64,000 nt of DNA from Alphaproteobacteria bacterium. GTDB taxonomy: Bacteria > Pseudomonadota > Alphaproteobacteria > Elsterales > Elsteraceae. Below are positions 17,875 to 27,558 of the stretch, piece by piece. Under the pieces are notes generated by a model. That model saw only the letters and a program-made list of their open reading frames with translations. It had not been told where the DNA came from and did not search any database. The position numbers and the translations under genes are program-made. Each line of letters begins with the position of its first letter. The first letter of the stretch is position 1. The stretch is taken from NCBI GenBank assembly GCA_004292755.1, contig RDXE01000033.1, positions 9,961 through 73,960 of the forward strand, written 5' to 3'.

Positions 17875-18717
17875 ATGGCGACGGACCGGCTTCGGGCGTT
17901 GGCGCTGTCAGTCCTGATCCTGGCAGCATTTCTGCTGGCTTGGCAGTGGGGGGTGCAGCCCGACCCCGCCGCTGGACCAGCAGTGGATCCTGAGTACGCC
18001 AAGCTGGTCGGCGCGGCTGCTGCGACGGGTGGTCAGACGCCGATGCCGGGTCCGCTTGAGGTGATGGCCCGGCTTTGGCACCACTTGGCCGATCCGTTTT
18101 ATGTTCGCGGCACCAATGACATGGGTCTGGGCATCCAGCTCGGCTATTCGATTGCGCGGGTGGCGGCTGGCTATGTCCTCGCAGCCGTGGTTGCGATTCC
18201 ACTTGGTTTCGTGATCGGCATGTCGCCCTTGCTGTACCGCGCGCTGGACCCGTTCATCCAAGTATTGAAGCCGATCTCGCCCCTCGCCTGGATGCCGCTG
18301 GCGCTTTACACCATCAAAGATTCCAGCACATCCTCAATATTCGTGATCTTTATCTGCTCAATCTGGCCGATGTTGATCAATACGGCCTTTGGAGTCGCCA
18401 GTGTGCGCAAGGAATGGCTGAATGTGGCACGAACGCTGGAGGTAAAGCCCCTGCGTCGCGCGCTCACAATCATTCTGCCCGCTGCCGCACCAACCATTCT
18501 GACCGGCATGCGCATTTCCATCGGAATCGCCTGGCTGGTGATTGTTGCAGCCGAGATGCTGGTGGGTGGCACAGGCATTGGGTACTTCGTGTGGAACCAG
18601 TGGAACAACCTATCGATCACCGACATCATCACCGCCATTCTGCTGATTGGCCTAGTGGGCATGGTGTTGGACCAAGCGCTGGCCTGGTGCGCGCGCGCTG
18701 TGACCTATCCGGAGTGA
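17875..18717 (+). CDS. NrtB/CynB-type ABC transporter permease
   Basis: Multi-TM protein with an EAA-like loop ([37 protein letters not shown]). Confidence 0.85.
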   Translation: MATDRLRALALSVLILAAFLLAWQWGVQPDPAAGPAVDPEYAKLVGAAAATGGQTPMPGPLEVMARLWHHLADPFYVRGTNDMGLGIQLGYSIARVAAGYVLAAVVAIPLGFVIGMSPLLYRALDPFIQVLKPISPLAWMPLALYTIKDSSTSSIFVIFICSIWPMLINTAFGVASVRKEWLNVARTLEVKPLRRALTIILPAAAPTILTGMRISIGIAWLVIVAAEMLVGGTGIGYFVWNQWNNLSITDIITAILLIGLVGMVLDQALAWCARAVTYPE

Positions 18718-18721
18718 TACG

Positions 18722-19639
18722 ATGGCAGAGCGGTACATCTCTCTGGAGGGGATTGGTCGCAGGTACCCGAATCCGGCCGGTGGCGGCCACACGACCATCT
18801 TTGAGGACCTCTGGTTGACCCTGCCGAAGGGGACTTTCACCTGCATCATTGGACATTCCGGCTGCGGCAAGACCACAGTTTTGAACATCCTGGCAGGATT
18901 GGATCAGTCCAGTGAAGGCGTGGTGGTGGTGGATGGCACGGCGATTGAGGGACCGTCGCTGGATCGGGCCGTGATTTTCCAAAGCCATGCGCTGCTGCCG
19001 TGGAAAACCGTGATTGGCAATGTCGCCTATGCTGTCCGATCCAAATGGCCGAGTTGGTCGCGGGCAGCCGTGCTGGAGCATGCCCGCCGGTTCATCGCGC
19101 TGGTTGGTCTTGCGGGGGCGGAGGATAAGAAGCCCGCCCACTTGTCCGGCGGGATGAAGCAGCGGGTTGGCATCGCCCGCGCCCTATCGCTGCAGCCGAA
19201 AATCCTGCTGATGGACGAGCCGTTTTCCGCGCTGGATGCGCTCACCCGCGGCACACTGCAGGATGAAGTGCGCAAGATCTGCCAGGAAACCGGCCAGACC
19301 GTGCTGATGATCACCCACGATGTTGATGAGGCGATTTATCTCGCCGACCGCATTGTGCTGATGACCAATGGACCCGGTGCCGTCATTGCGGAGGTGGTGG
19401 AAAACACGCTGCCGGTGACGCGAGACCGGCTGGATGTTCATCGGCACCCCGCCTACTACCCGCTGCGCAATCATATCATCGATTTCCTGGTCACCCGCTC
19501 CAAAGCCTTTGAGGCGGAGCGCCGGGCGCTGGAACTGGCAGGCACACCCTGGCAGGCCCGCCAGCCGCGGCTGGTCCGTCCGGGCTTTTCTGACCCCACG
19601 CTCGCCATCACCCCGGCCACCGCGGCGATGTCTGCCTGA
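18722..19639 (+). CDS. NrtD/CynD-type ABC transporter ATP-binding protein
   Basis: Walker [10 protein letters not shown], signature [15 protein letters not shown], Walker [13 protein letters not shown]. Confidence 0.85.
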   Translation: MAERYISLEGIGRRYPNPAGGGHTTIFEDLWLTLPKGTFTCIIGHSGCGKTTVLNILAGLDQSSEGVVVVDGTAIEGPSLDRAVIFQSHALLPWKTVIGNVAYAVRSKWPSWSRAAVLEHARRFIALVGLAGAEDKKPAHLSGGMKQRVGIARALSLQPKILLMDEPFSALDALTRGTLQDEVRKICQETGQTVLMITHDVDEAIYLADRIVLMTNGPGAVIAEVVENTLPVTRDRLDVHRHPAYYPLRNHIIDFLVTRSKAFEAERRALELAGTPWQARQPRLVRPGFSDPTLAITPATAAMSA

Positions 19640-19650
19640 AGGAGATACCC

Positions 19651-20133
19651 ATGACCCGTGATCAACTGACCGAGAAGATTCTGGATATCAAGCGCCGCAA
19701 TGGCTGGACCTGGAAGCACATCACGGCCGAGATCGGCGGCATGTCGCCGGTGCTGGTGGTTGGCGCGCTGCTGGGTCAGATGAAGCTGGTAAAGCCCCTG
19801 GCAGCCAAGGCAGCAGCCCTGTTCGGCCTGTCGGCCGAAGAACAGGCGATGTTGAACGAAGTGCCTTATCGCGGCACCGCCATGCCGCCAACCGACCCGT
19901 TGATCTATCGGTTCTATGAAATGGTGATGGTCAATGGCCCGGCATGGAAGGCCCTGATCGAAGAAGAGTTTGGCGACGGCATCATGTCTGCCATCGATTT
20001 CGACATTGATATTGAGCGGCTGCCCAATCCAAAAGGGGATCGGGTGAAGATCACCATGTCCGGCAAGTTCCTGCCCTACAAGTACTATGGCAATGAGCAA
20101 GGCATTCCGGAGTACGGGTTTAAGGAGGAGTAG
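19651..20133 (+). CDS. cynS: cyanase (cyanate hydratase)
   Basis: 160 aa. N-terminal HTH-like MTRDQLTEKILDIKRRNGWTWKHITAEIG and C-terminal IDFDIDIERLPNPKGDRVKITMSGKFLPYKYY are typical of CynS. Confidence 0.9.
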   Translation: MTRDQLTEKILDIKRRNGWTWKHITAEIGGMSPVLVVGALLGQMKLVKPLAAKAAALFGLSAEEQAMLNEVPYRGTAMPPTDPLIYRFYEMVMVNGPAWKALIEEEFGDGIMSAIDFDIDIERLPNPKGDRVKITMSGKFLPYKYYGNEQGIPEYGFKEE

Positions 20134-20234
20134 CCCCAGGTCGCGGTCCGTAGCCTGTGGGGTCACCCGTAGACGTCAGCCAGACGCCCTGCCTAGACTA
20201 GGGCACGGCGTCTGGAGGGTGGATAGGTGGGGCA

Positions 20235-22025
20235 GTGACTGAGGCGGGACGCGGATCGGCGGCGGCCTTTCGGGACTGGGTTTGCGCTGGAGGCCGCCCG
20301 ACCCAAGAGGAGTGGTTCCGGGTCCTTCCCCCGCACCGGAAGATCGCAGACGCACCAGAGTGGCACGCCTGTATCGCCGTGGCGGCCGCCGCGGGCGATC
20401 AAATTGCCGCCTTGTGGCGCGACCTCCTGCCGATCACCGAACCCACGAGGGTGTCTTCAAGCCATTGGACACCGCTGCCTCAGCCCGGATGCCTCAGCCG
20501 CAATCTGCTCGCGGCGGAGGTCGCCCTCGCCCGAGGGTGCTATGACCTTGCCATAACATTCGTAGAGCATTCCCTCGAGCAGAGCGAGTTTGCCCACGCG
20601 CCCCCGGCTTTGGTCGATGAGCTATACGCAGTTTATCTTGCTGCGGTCCTTCGCAGCGGCGATCGAGAGCGATCGGAGAGTATTATTGACTCAATGGTTC
20701 AAGCGGGTCGCACACAAAAACTGATTTCTGTCCTAGTAAGATTGTGGAATTCGCATTCATTCGATGAACTAATCTGGCTGGCAGAGAGCGTAGAGAATAG
20801 AATAGAGTTAGAACCTCACCAAGTATATGATCTTCAGCGTATTCGTGTTTTTGCTGCTCCCTTGGCGAACTCGCTATCATTGGATAATCTTTGTAGAGTA
20901 TCAAGAGAATATGGTGAATGGATTGAACGACTGCCGATCCCAGTTTGCAAGCCGAAAGAACCATCGTCGCGATCCCGGCTTCGCGTGGGTATCTTGTGGG
21001 CCGACGTTTCGGCAGGCATCTCTGTTCCGGCGCTGACACATAGAGACCGCACGCTCTACGAGTGTATCCTATACACCAATCACACCCGTCCGTCTGAATA
21101 CTGGCAGATGGTTGGTGAATTTGATGCCGTGAAAGTCATTAGTGACATCGATGTTGCTGCTGCTGCCTCTGCCATCGTTGAGGATGATCTCGATATCTTG
21201 GTGGTTCTCGACAATCTCGGCATACCAAATATAGAGAGGGTTATTACAGCAAAGCCCGCCCCTAAAATTGCATTCTATGGAAATTGCCTCATGACGACAG
21301 GACTCAGGTCCGTAGATGCCATTCTGATACCGCCGGACCTTATCGAGCAATCGACCCGATCTCAGTTTTCCGAATCGATTGTATCTTTCGATATGGCAAT
21401 CATGGGAAGCGGATATCTGCCCAGTACAATGATTGAGCCATTCGATAATATTGTAACTCCGCCCATCATTGGAACAGTTGCATCTTCATTCAAGCTAAAT
21501 CGGCTTTGGATGGAACGGGTTGCGGCCATCCTGCGCGCTGTCCCCGAGGCAACAGTCCAGCTTGATGTTTACAGCCCCCGCCTGGAGAACGGTGGGTATC
21601 TTTTGCGCATTGCCGAAGACCTAAGGATATCGCCAGACCGCTTAACCCTGCGGCTTGGCGTCCAGTTCACGCCGCTGGCCCAGCGCTTGGCGCCGCTGTC
21701 GCTGGTGATCGATACCGCGCCGCTCGGATCAAACCTGACCGCGCTCCAGTGCCTGTCGGCGGGCGTCCCGTTGTTGACTTGCCCCGACGAGCGGCCAGGG
21801 TCGCGCCATGCCATGACCATTCTGCGGGCCATCGGAGAGGAGTCGCTGATTGCCACGTCGGAGGAGGATCTAGTGGCGCGCGCCGTCGCCCTGTTGACCA
21901 ATCGCGAGGAGCTGCGCCGACTGCGCCGCAGCCTGCCGGATCAGGTACGCAGCTCCGGCATCGCTGACCCGTTTGTGGTGGCACGCGTGTTTGAGTCCGC
22001 CTTGCTGGCGGTGCTGGGTCGGTAG
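20235..22025 (+). CDS. TPR-like/GT41 (SPINDLY/OGT-like) protein glycosyltransferase candidate
   Basis: C-terminal half follows the GT41 pattern: RLRVGILWADVS..., DDLDILVVLDNLG, ITAKPAPKIAFYGNCLMTTGLRSVDAILIP, LVIDTAPLGSNLTALQCLSAGVPLLT...GSRHAMTILRAIG. The central 1.1 kb is low GC. Confidence 0.6.
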   Translation: MTEAGRGSAAAFRDWVCAGGRPTQEEWFRVLPPHRKIADAPEWHACIAVAAAAGDQIAALWRDLLPITEPTRVSSSHWTPLPQPGCLSRNLLAAEVALARGCYDLAITFVEHSLEQSEFAHAPPALVDELYAVYLAAVLRSGDRERSESIIDSMVQAGRTQKLISVLVRLWNSHSFDELIWLAESVENRIELEPHQVYDLQRIRVFAAPLANSLSLDNLCRVSREYGEWIERLPIPVCKPKEPSSRSRLRVGILWADVSAGISVPALTHRDRTLYECILYTNHTRPSEYWQMVGEFDAVKVISDIDVAAAASAIVEDDLDILVVLDNLGIPNIERVITAKPAPKIAFYGNCLMTTGLRSVDAILIPPDLIEQSTRSQFSESIVSFDMAIMGSGYLPSTMIEPFDNIVTPPIIGTVASSFKLNRLWMERVAAILRAVPEATVQLDVYSPRLENGGYLLRIAEDLRISPDRLTLRLGVQFTPLAQRLAPLSLVIDTAPLGSNLTALQCLSAGVPLLTCPDERPGSRHAMTILRAIGEESLIATSEEDLVARAVALLTNREELRRLRRSLPDQVRSSGIADPFVVARVFESALLAVLGR

Positions 22026-22109
22026 CCATCGCCAACGCGCAGTTGACCCCTTCGACGTCGGGTGCCCAGGATGGGCCGCCCATTCACGGGCGGGGGAGAG
22101 TGACGCGCC

Positions 22110-24962
22110 ATGGCCGAGCCGGCCCTTGAGCTTCATCGACCGGTCGGAGACACGGTCAAGACCACCACTTGCTACATGTGTGCGTGCCGGTGCGGCATCC
22201 GCGTCCACATCAAGGATGGCGTGGTCCGCTACATCGAAGGCAATCGCGACCACCCGAAGAACAAGGGTGTGCTGTGTGCCAAGGGCTCGGCCGGGATCAT
22301 GCAGCACCTGTCGCCGGCACGGTTGACCCAACCCTTGAAGCGCGTCGGGCCACGCGGGTCCGGCCAGTTCGAGACCATCTCGTGGGACGAGGCGATGGGC
22401 CTTGCCACCACTTGGCTGTCGGCCATCCGGCACAGCGATCCGCGCAAGCTCGCCTTCTTCACAGGGCGTGATCAAAGCCAAGCCTTGACTGGGTGGTGGG
22501 CCAGCCAATTCGGCACGCCCAACTATGCCGCCCATGGTGGGTTCTGCTCAGTCAACATGGCGGCCGCAGGGCTTTACACCCTTGGCGGTGCGTTCTGGGA
22601 GTTTGGTGAGCCCGACTGGCACCACACCCGCTATTTGATGATGTTCGGCGTGGCCGAGGATCACGACAGCAACCCGATCAAGATGGGCCTCGGAGCCCTG
22701 AAAACCCGGGGTGAAGCGAAGTTCGTCTCGGTCAATCCCGTCCGCACGGGCTACTCCGCCATCGCCGATGAGTGGGTCGGCATCCGCCCAGGCAGCGACG
22801 GCATGCTGGTGGGGGCCTTGATCCACGAACTGGTGCGCGCCGGGCGCATCGATGGGCCATTCCTCGCCCGGTACACCAATGCTGGCTGGCTGATCTATGA
22901 CGAACCCGGTGCGGCGCGGCACGGCTTGTTTGTCCGCACCGACGCTGGTGAGCCCCTGGTGTGGGATGAGGTTACGGGCACGCCGCAACCCTGGTCTGGC
23001 ACAGTGCGGGCGGCCCTCGGTGGGGCCTATACCCTTCCCGATGGCAGCACGGTGCAGCCCAGTCTGCGCCCGCTCCTCGCGCGCTTCGCCGATGCTGCCT
23101 ACAGCCCGGAGCGTGCAGCTGAAGTGACCGGCATCGACGCCGCGACCATCCGCCGTCTCGCGGCTGAACTGGCCCACGCCGCCTTCGACCAAGCTCTGGT
23201 GATCGATCAGCCCTGGACGGATGTCTGGGGTGTGGAGCATGCCCAGATGATTGGGCGACCGGTGTCGTTCCATGCCATGCGCGGCATCTCCGCCCATGCC
23301 AACGGCTTCCACACTTGCCGCATGCTGCACGTGCTGCAAGCCTTGCTGGGGGCCGTCGATACGCCGGGCTCGTGGCGCTACAAGCCGCCCTATCCAAAGC
23401 CGATTCCGCCGGCACTGAAGCCAACAGGCAAGCCAGACCAGATTCTGGCAGGCCAGCCGATGCCGGGCCCCCCGCTCGGCTTCCCCATGGGGCCGGAGGA
23501 TTTGCTGGTCGAGGCCGACGGCACGCCCCGCCGCATCGACAAGGCGTTCAGCTGGGATGCGCCGATGGCGAGCCATGGCATGATGCACATGGTGATCGCT
23601 AACGCCTATCGCGGCGACCCTTACCCGATCGACACGCTGTTCTTGTACATGGCGAACATGGCGTGGAACTCCGCCATGAACACCGCTGGAACCATGGAGA
23701 TGCTGACGGCCCAGCATCCGGGTGGCGAGTATGTGATCCCGCGGATCATCTATGCCGATGCCTACGCGTCGGAAATGGTGGCCTACGCCGACCTTGTGCT
23801 GCCCGATACGACATACTTGGAGCGTTGGGACTGCATCAGCCTGCAGGATCGTCCGATCTCGGATGCGGACACGGTTGCCGACGCCATCCGTCAGCCCGTT
23901 GTGGCGCCGGACCGCGATGTCCGGGCGTTCCAGGATGTGTTGATCGACCTCGGCCATCGGCTGGGGCTGCCGGGCCTGACCAACCCCGATGGCGGTGCCC
24001 GCTATCCGGGCTTGTATGCCGACTACATCGTTCGGCACGAGCGCGCCCCTGGTGTCGGCCTTCTGGCCGGTCACCGTGGCGATGGCTCGGCAGAGGGCAA
24101 AGGGCCGCCCAACCCAGCGCAGCTGGATGCCTATATCGAAGGCGGCTGCTTTTGGGCCAAGACTTTGCCGGTGGAGCATCGTTACTTCCGCTTTGCCAAT
24201 CGCGGCTATCTCGATTGGGCCGTGGCAATGGGGTTTGTCGGTCATGCCGACGCGATTGCCCTGCAGTTGTACAGTGAGCCGTTGCAGAAGTTCCGCTTGG
24301 CAGCGGAGGGGCATGGCGCGATCCAGCCGCCCGAGCATCATCGTGCGCGAATTGCTGCCTATTTCGATCCGGTCCCTCTGTGGTACCCGCCGTTTGAAGA
24401 AGCTACGGTCTCCCGCGAGGCCTTTCCGATGCACGCCATCACCCAGCGGCCAATGGCGATGTATCACGCCTGGGGCTCGCAGAATGCTTGGTTGCGCCAG
24501 ATACACACGGCCAATCGGCTTTACATCCATCGCGGCACTGGGTCCGCACTTGGATTGGAGAGCGAGGATTGGGTGTGGGTGGTCAGCCACCACGGGCGCA
24601 TCCGCTGCCAGGTGACGCTGATGGATGGCGTTAATCCCGGTACCGTCTGGACCTGGAACGCCATCGGCAAGCGCCGCGGCACCTGGGGCCTGGACGCAGA
24701 CGCGCCAGAGGCGACCAGAGGCTTTCTACTCAACCACCTGATTGCCGAGTTGCTGCCCGAACAGCCCGGGCAATACCGCTACGCCAATGCGGACCCCATT
24801 ACCGGGCAGGCGGCGTGGTATGACTTGAAGGTGCGCATTGAGAAGGCGGCCGAGACTGGCCTTTGGCCGGACTGGCCCGCCTTGAAGCGCCCCGCGGGCA
24901 GCAAGCCATCGCCTCGGATCAACCGGTTTGGCGCGTGGTTCCGCGCAGGCGGTGCCCAATGA
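22110..24962 (+). CDS. soeA: molybdopterin oxidoreductase catalytic subunit without Tat signal, SoeA-like (sulfite dehydrogenase, quinone)
   Basis: N-terminal FS0 cysteine motif TTCYMCACRCGIRVH...VLCAKG. 950 aa with no twin-arginine leader. Followed by 4Fe-4S and DmsC/NrfD-type subunits of the sizes reported for SoeABC. Confidence 0.55.
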   Translation: MAEPALELHRPVGDTVKTTTCYMCACRCGIRVHIKDGVVRYIEGNRDHPKNKGVLCAKGSAGIMQHLSPARLTQPLKRVGPRGSGQFETISWDEAMGLATTWLSAIRHSDPRKLAFFTGRDQSQALTGWWASQFGTPNYAAHGGFCSVNMAAAGLYTLGGAFWEFGEPDWHHTRYLMMFGVAEDHDSNPIKMGLGALKTRGEAKFVSVNPVRTGYSAIADEWVGIRPGSDGMLVGALIHELVRAGRIDGPFLARYTNAGWLIYDEPGAARHGLFVRTDAGEPLVWDEVTGTPQPWSGTVRAALGGAYTLPDGSTVQPSLRPLLARFADAAYSPERAAEVTGIDAATIRRLAAELAHAAFDQALVIDQPWTDVWGVEHAQMIGRPVSFHAMRGISAHANGFHTCRMLHVLQALLGAVDTPGSWRYKPPYPKPIPPALKPTGKPDQILAGQPMPGPPLGFPMGPEDLLVEADGTPRRIDKAFSWDAPMASHGMMHMVIANAYRGDPYPIDTLFLYMANMAWNSAMNTAGTMEMLTAQHPGGEYVIPRIIYADAYASEMVAYADLVLPDTTYLERWDCISLQDRPISDADTVADAIRQPVVAPDRDVRAFQDVLIDLGHRLGLPGLTNPDGGARYPGLYADYIVRHERAPGVGLLAGHRGDGSAEGKGPPNPAQLDAYIEGGCFWAKTLPVEHRYFRFANRGYLDWAVAMGFVGHADAIALQLYSEPLQKFRLAAEGHGAIQPPEHHRARIAAYFDPVPLWYPPFEEATVSREAFPMHAITQRPMAMYHAWGSQNAWLRQIHTANRLYIHRGTGSALGLESEDWVWVVSHHGRIRCQVTLMDGVNPGTVWTWNAIGKRRGTWGLDADAPEATRGFLLNHLIAELLPEQPGQYRYANADPITGQAAWYDLKVRIEKAAETGLWPDWPALKRPAGSKPSPRINRFGAWFRAGGAQ

Positions 24963-25708
24963 CCAGCTTGCCCACCACCACCACCAAGCGCTTGGGCTTG
25001 GTGATCGATCTGGATATCTGCGTCGGCTGCCACGCCTGCGCCGTGAATTGTAAAGAGTGGAACACCGGCGGCATTGCTGCCCCGCTCACCGACCTTGACC
25101 CCTACGGTGCCGAGCCATTGGGGGTGTGGTTCAACCGCATCCACAGCTTTGAGGTGGGGGAGGGGGCGAGCGGTCGCACGGTCCACTTCCCGAAATCCTG
25201 CCTGCACTGCGAAACGCCGGACTGTGTCACGGTCTGCCCGACGGGAGCCTCCTACAAGCGGGCGGAGGATGGCATCGTCCTGGTGCAGGAGGACCTATGC
25301 ATCGGCTGCAAGCTATGCTCCTGGGCCTGCCCCTATGGCGCGCGGGAGTATGACTACGACGCTGGCGTGATGAAGAAATGCACCCTGTGCGTCGACAAGA
25401 TTTACAACGAAAGCCTAGAGGAGGTGGACCGGGTTCCGGCCTGCGTCGCCACCTGCCCCGCCTCGGCGCGGCATTTCGGCGATCTTGGCAATCCGGACAG
25501 CGACGTCTCCCGTCTGGTGGCGGAGCGTGGGGGCTATGATCTGATGCCGGAACTGGGCTATCGCCCAACCAACAAGTATCTGCCGCCGCGTCCGAAACAG
25601 ACCAAGGCGGGCTGCACCGGCGCGCCCGCGGCCCTGTCCCCGGCACCGGATGAAGCGCCTGCCGGTGGTGTGTTCGGCTGGCTCGACCGGCTGTTGTCCA
25701 AGCTGTAG
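24959..25708 (+). CDS. soeB: 4Fe-4S ferredoxin subunit (DmsB family), SoeB-like
   Basis: Four Cys clusters: CVGCHACAVNCK, CLHCETPDCVTVCP, CIGCKLCSWACP, CTLCVDK...CVATCP. ATGA overlap with the upstream gene. Confidence 0.55.
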   Translation: MTSLPTTTTKRLGLVIDLDICVGCHACAVNCKEWNTGGIAAPLTDLDPYGAEPLGVWFNRIHSFEVGEGASGRTVHFPKSCLHCETPDCVTVCPTGASYKRAEDGIVLVQEDLCIGCKLCSWACPYGAREYDYDAGVMKKCTLCVDKIYNESLEEVDRVPACVATCPASARHFGDLGNPDSDVSRLVAERGGYDLMPELGYRPTNKYLPPRPKQTKAGCTGAPAALSPAPDEAPAGGVFGWLDRLLSKL

Positions 25709-25718
25709 GACCGCTGTC

Positions 25719-26657
25719 ATGCATCCTGCCTATTCCGTTATCCTGTTCACCGCTGCGTCAGGCGCTGGGTATGGTCTCGCCAGTTGGTTGGCGTTGGCAG
25801 CGCTGTTGGGGCTGTTGCCAGCGCAGGCCTGGGCAGGCCCGATTGGCTTCGCCGTGGCCCTTGCTTTGATCGGGGTGGGCTTCCTCAGCTCCACCTTCCA
25901 CTTGGGCCACCCGGAACGGGCGTGGCGGGCAGTCACGCAATGGCGCACCTCCTGGCTGTCGCGCGAGGGGGTGATGGCGTTTCTCAGTCTGGCGGTGATC
26001 GCCTCGGCCGGTCTGGTCTGGCTTCTGGACGGCCAGTTGGCGTGGTGGCTGGCGGCCCTGGTCTGGCTGGTCTCAGGCGTGACGGTTGCCGTCACCGCGA
26101 TGATCTATGCCAGCTTGAAGACCATTCAGCGCTGGCATAATCGCTGGGTCGTGCCGGGCTATCTGGTGCTGGCCTTGGCGACTGGCGGCGGTTTGGCCCT
26201 GTTGATTACGGAGGTGGCAGGTCAAGGCAGTGCGCTTGCCTTGCCGGTTGCCGTCGTTGCTGTGATCGCCTGCTTGGTTAAGCTGGGCTATTGGCGTTTC
26301 ATTGATGAGACGGTCGCGGCCTCCACTGTCGCAACTGCGACCGGGCTTGGCCGACCGGGTGAGCCGGTGCGCCTGTTCGAGGCGCCCCACACAGAAGAAA
26401 ACTATCTGATGCGCGAGATGGGGTATCGGGTTGCGCGCAAGCACGTTGCCCGCCTGCGCCAGGTCGCCGCGGTGGGGCTTGCGGCGCTGCCGGTGCCAGC
26501 CTGTCTTGGCGCCATGCTGCTGGATGGCGTGATCGGGTTGGGCCTCGCCGCGCTGACAGTGGGTGCCATGACCATCGGCGTGCTGGCCGAGCGCTGGTTG
26601 TTCTTCGCCGAGGCGCGCCACACTGTCACTCTTTACTACGGGGCGGACCGCGTATGA
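25719..26657 (+). CDS. soeC: DmsC/NrfD-type membrane anchor subunit, SoeC-like
   Basis: About 8 hydrophobic helices starting MHPAYSVILFTAASGAGYGL; 312 aa. Confidence 0.55.
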   Translation: MHPAYSVILFTAASGAGYGLASWLALAALLGLLPAQAWAGPIGFAVALALIGVGFLSSTFHLGHPERAWRAVTQWRTSWLSREGVMAFLSLAVIASAGLVWLLDGQLAWWLAALVWLVSGVTVAVTAMIYASLKTIQRWHNRWVVPGYLVLALATGGGLALLITEVAGQGSALALPVAVVAVIACLVKLGYWRFIDETVAASTVATATGLGRPGEPVRLFEAPHTEENYLMREMGYRVARKHVARLRQVAAVGLAALPVPACLGAMLLDGVIGLGLAALTVGAMTIGVLAERWLFFAEARHTVTLYYGADRV

Positions 26658-27547
26658 GTTTGCGCACAGCAGCGGTGATTGCCCCCTCCAGCCGGGAGGA
26701 GGATCGCGCCGCGTTTGAGCGGGCCGAGGATCGCTTTGCCGCGGCGGGCTGGCGCTTGAAGCCGTTCTTCGACTTCGCCGAAGCCGATACCCGGTTCGCC
26801 GCCAGCGATGGTCAACGGCTTGGGTGGTTGCATCGCGCCGTGCGCGATCCAGCTGTGGAGTTGGTGCTGATTCTGCGCGGTGGCTATGGTTTGACCCGGC
26901 TGTTACCGGCGATTGACTGGGAGATGATGCGCCAATCGCCAGCCCGGTTCGTTGGCTATAGCGACTTCACGGCATTTCTGATGGGCAACCTTGCCTTCGG
27001 CGGTCAGAACGGCTTTGCCGGGCCGACGGTTGCGCGCGATTTCGGGCTGGAGCAGCTGGACGCCGCAACCGAACGCTGGTTCTGGCAGGCCTTGGCGGAC
27101 AGCGCCGTCGCCATCCCCTTCCAAACCGATCGGGCCGTGACCGGCAGTTTTGAGGGGCCGATCTGGGGCGGCAATCTGTGCCTGTTGACCAGTTTGGTGG
27201 GGACACCCTTTCTGCCGCGCATCGAAGGTGGCCTGCTGGTGCTGGAGGATGTGGACGAAGCACCCTACCGAGTGGAACGGATGCTCCTGCAACTGCTGCA
27301 AGCCGGTGTCTTGAGCCGTCAGCAGGCAGTGGTCCTGGGCGACATCACCGGTGCGGAGCCGGGACCTGGCGATCATGGCTATACCCTCCACACCGCGATT
27401 GCGCATATCCGGGAGTTCTGCCCCGTTCCGGTGCTGACGGGGCTGCCGTTTGGCCATACCTCCCGCAAGGCCACCTTGCCGATGGGCCGCCGCGCGCTGC
27501 TGACTGTGGCAGGGCATGATGCAACGCTGGCGTGGTCCACGGACTGA
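26654..27547 (+). CDS. ldcA: LD-carboxypeptidase (peptidase S66)
   Basis: ILRGGYGLTRLL, nucleophile elbow VGYSDFTAF, and LPFGHTS (catalytic His). ATGA overlap with the upstream gene. Confidence 0.8.
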   Translation: MSLRTAAVIAPSSREEDRAAFERAEDRFAAAGWRLKPFFDFAEADTRFAASDGQRLGWLHRAVRDPAVELVLILRGGYGLTRLLPAIDWEMMRQSPARFVGYSDFTAFLMGNLAFGGQNGFAGPTVARDFGLEQLDAATERWFWQALADSAVAIPFQTDRAVTGSFEGPIWGGNLCLLTSLVGTPFLPRIEGGLLVLEDVDEAPYRVERMLLQLLQAGVLSRQQAVVLGDITGAEPGPGDHGYTLHTAIAHIREFCPVPVLTGLPFGHTSRKATLPMGRRALLTVAGHDATLAWSTD

Positions 27548-27558
27548 GGAGAGGCTGC

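Noticed and set aside
20180-20215. Imperfect long hairpin (CCAGACGCC...GGCGTCTGG) after cynS, considered as a terminator.
   Set aside because: No U-tract follows on either strand. It may still be a rho-dependent or structural element, but I cannot support a terminator call.
22548-24593. 681-aa ORF on the minus strand. Similar long antisense ORFs occur at 10542..12014, 35813..37057, 6791..7810, 39853..41055 and 58986..59750.
   Set aside because: They lie entirely antisense to genes with unmistakable family motifs (soeA-like, ahcY, envC-like and others). Their translations are Arg/Gly/Pro/His-rich with no recognisable domains. Stop-poor antisense frames are expected in DNA of about 66% GC.
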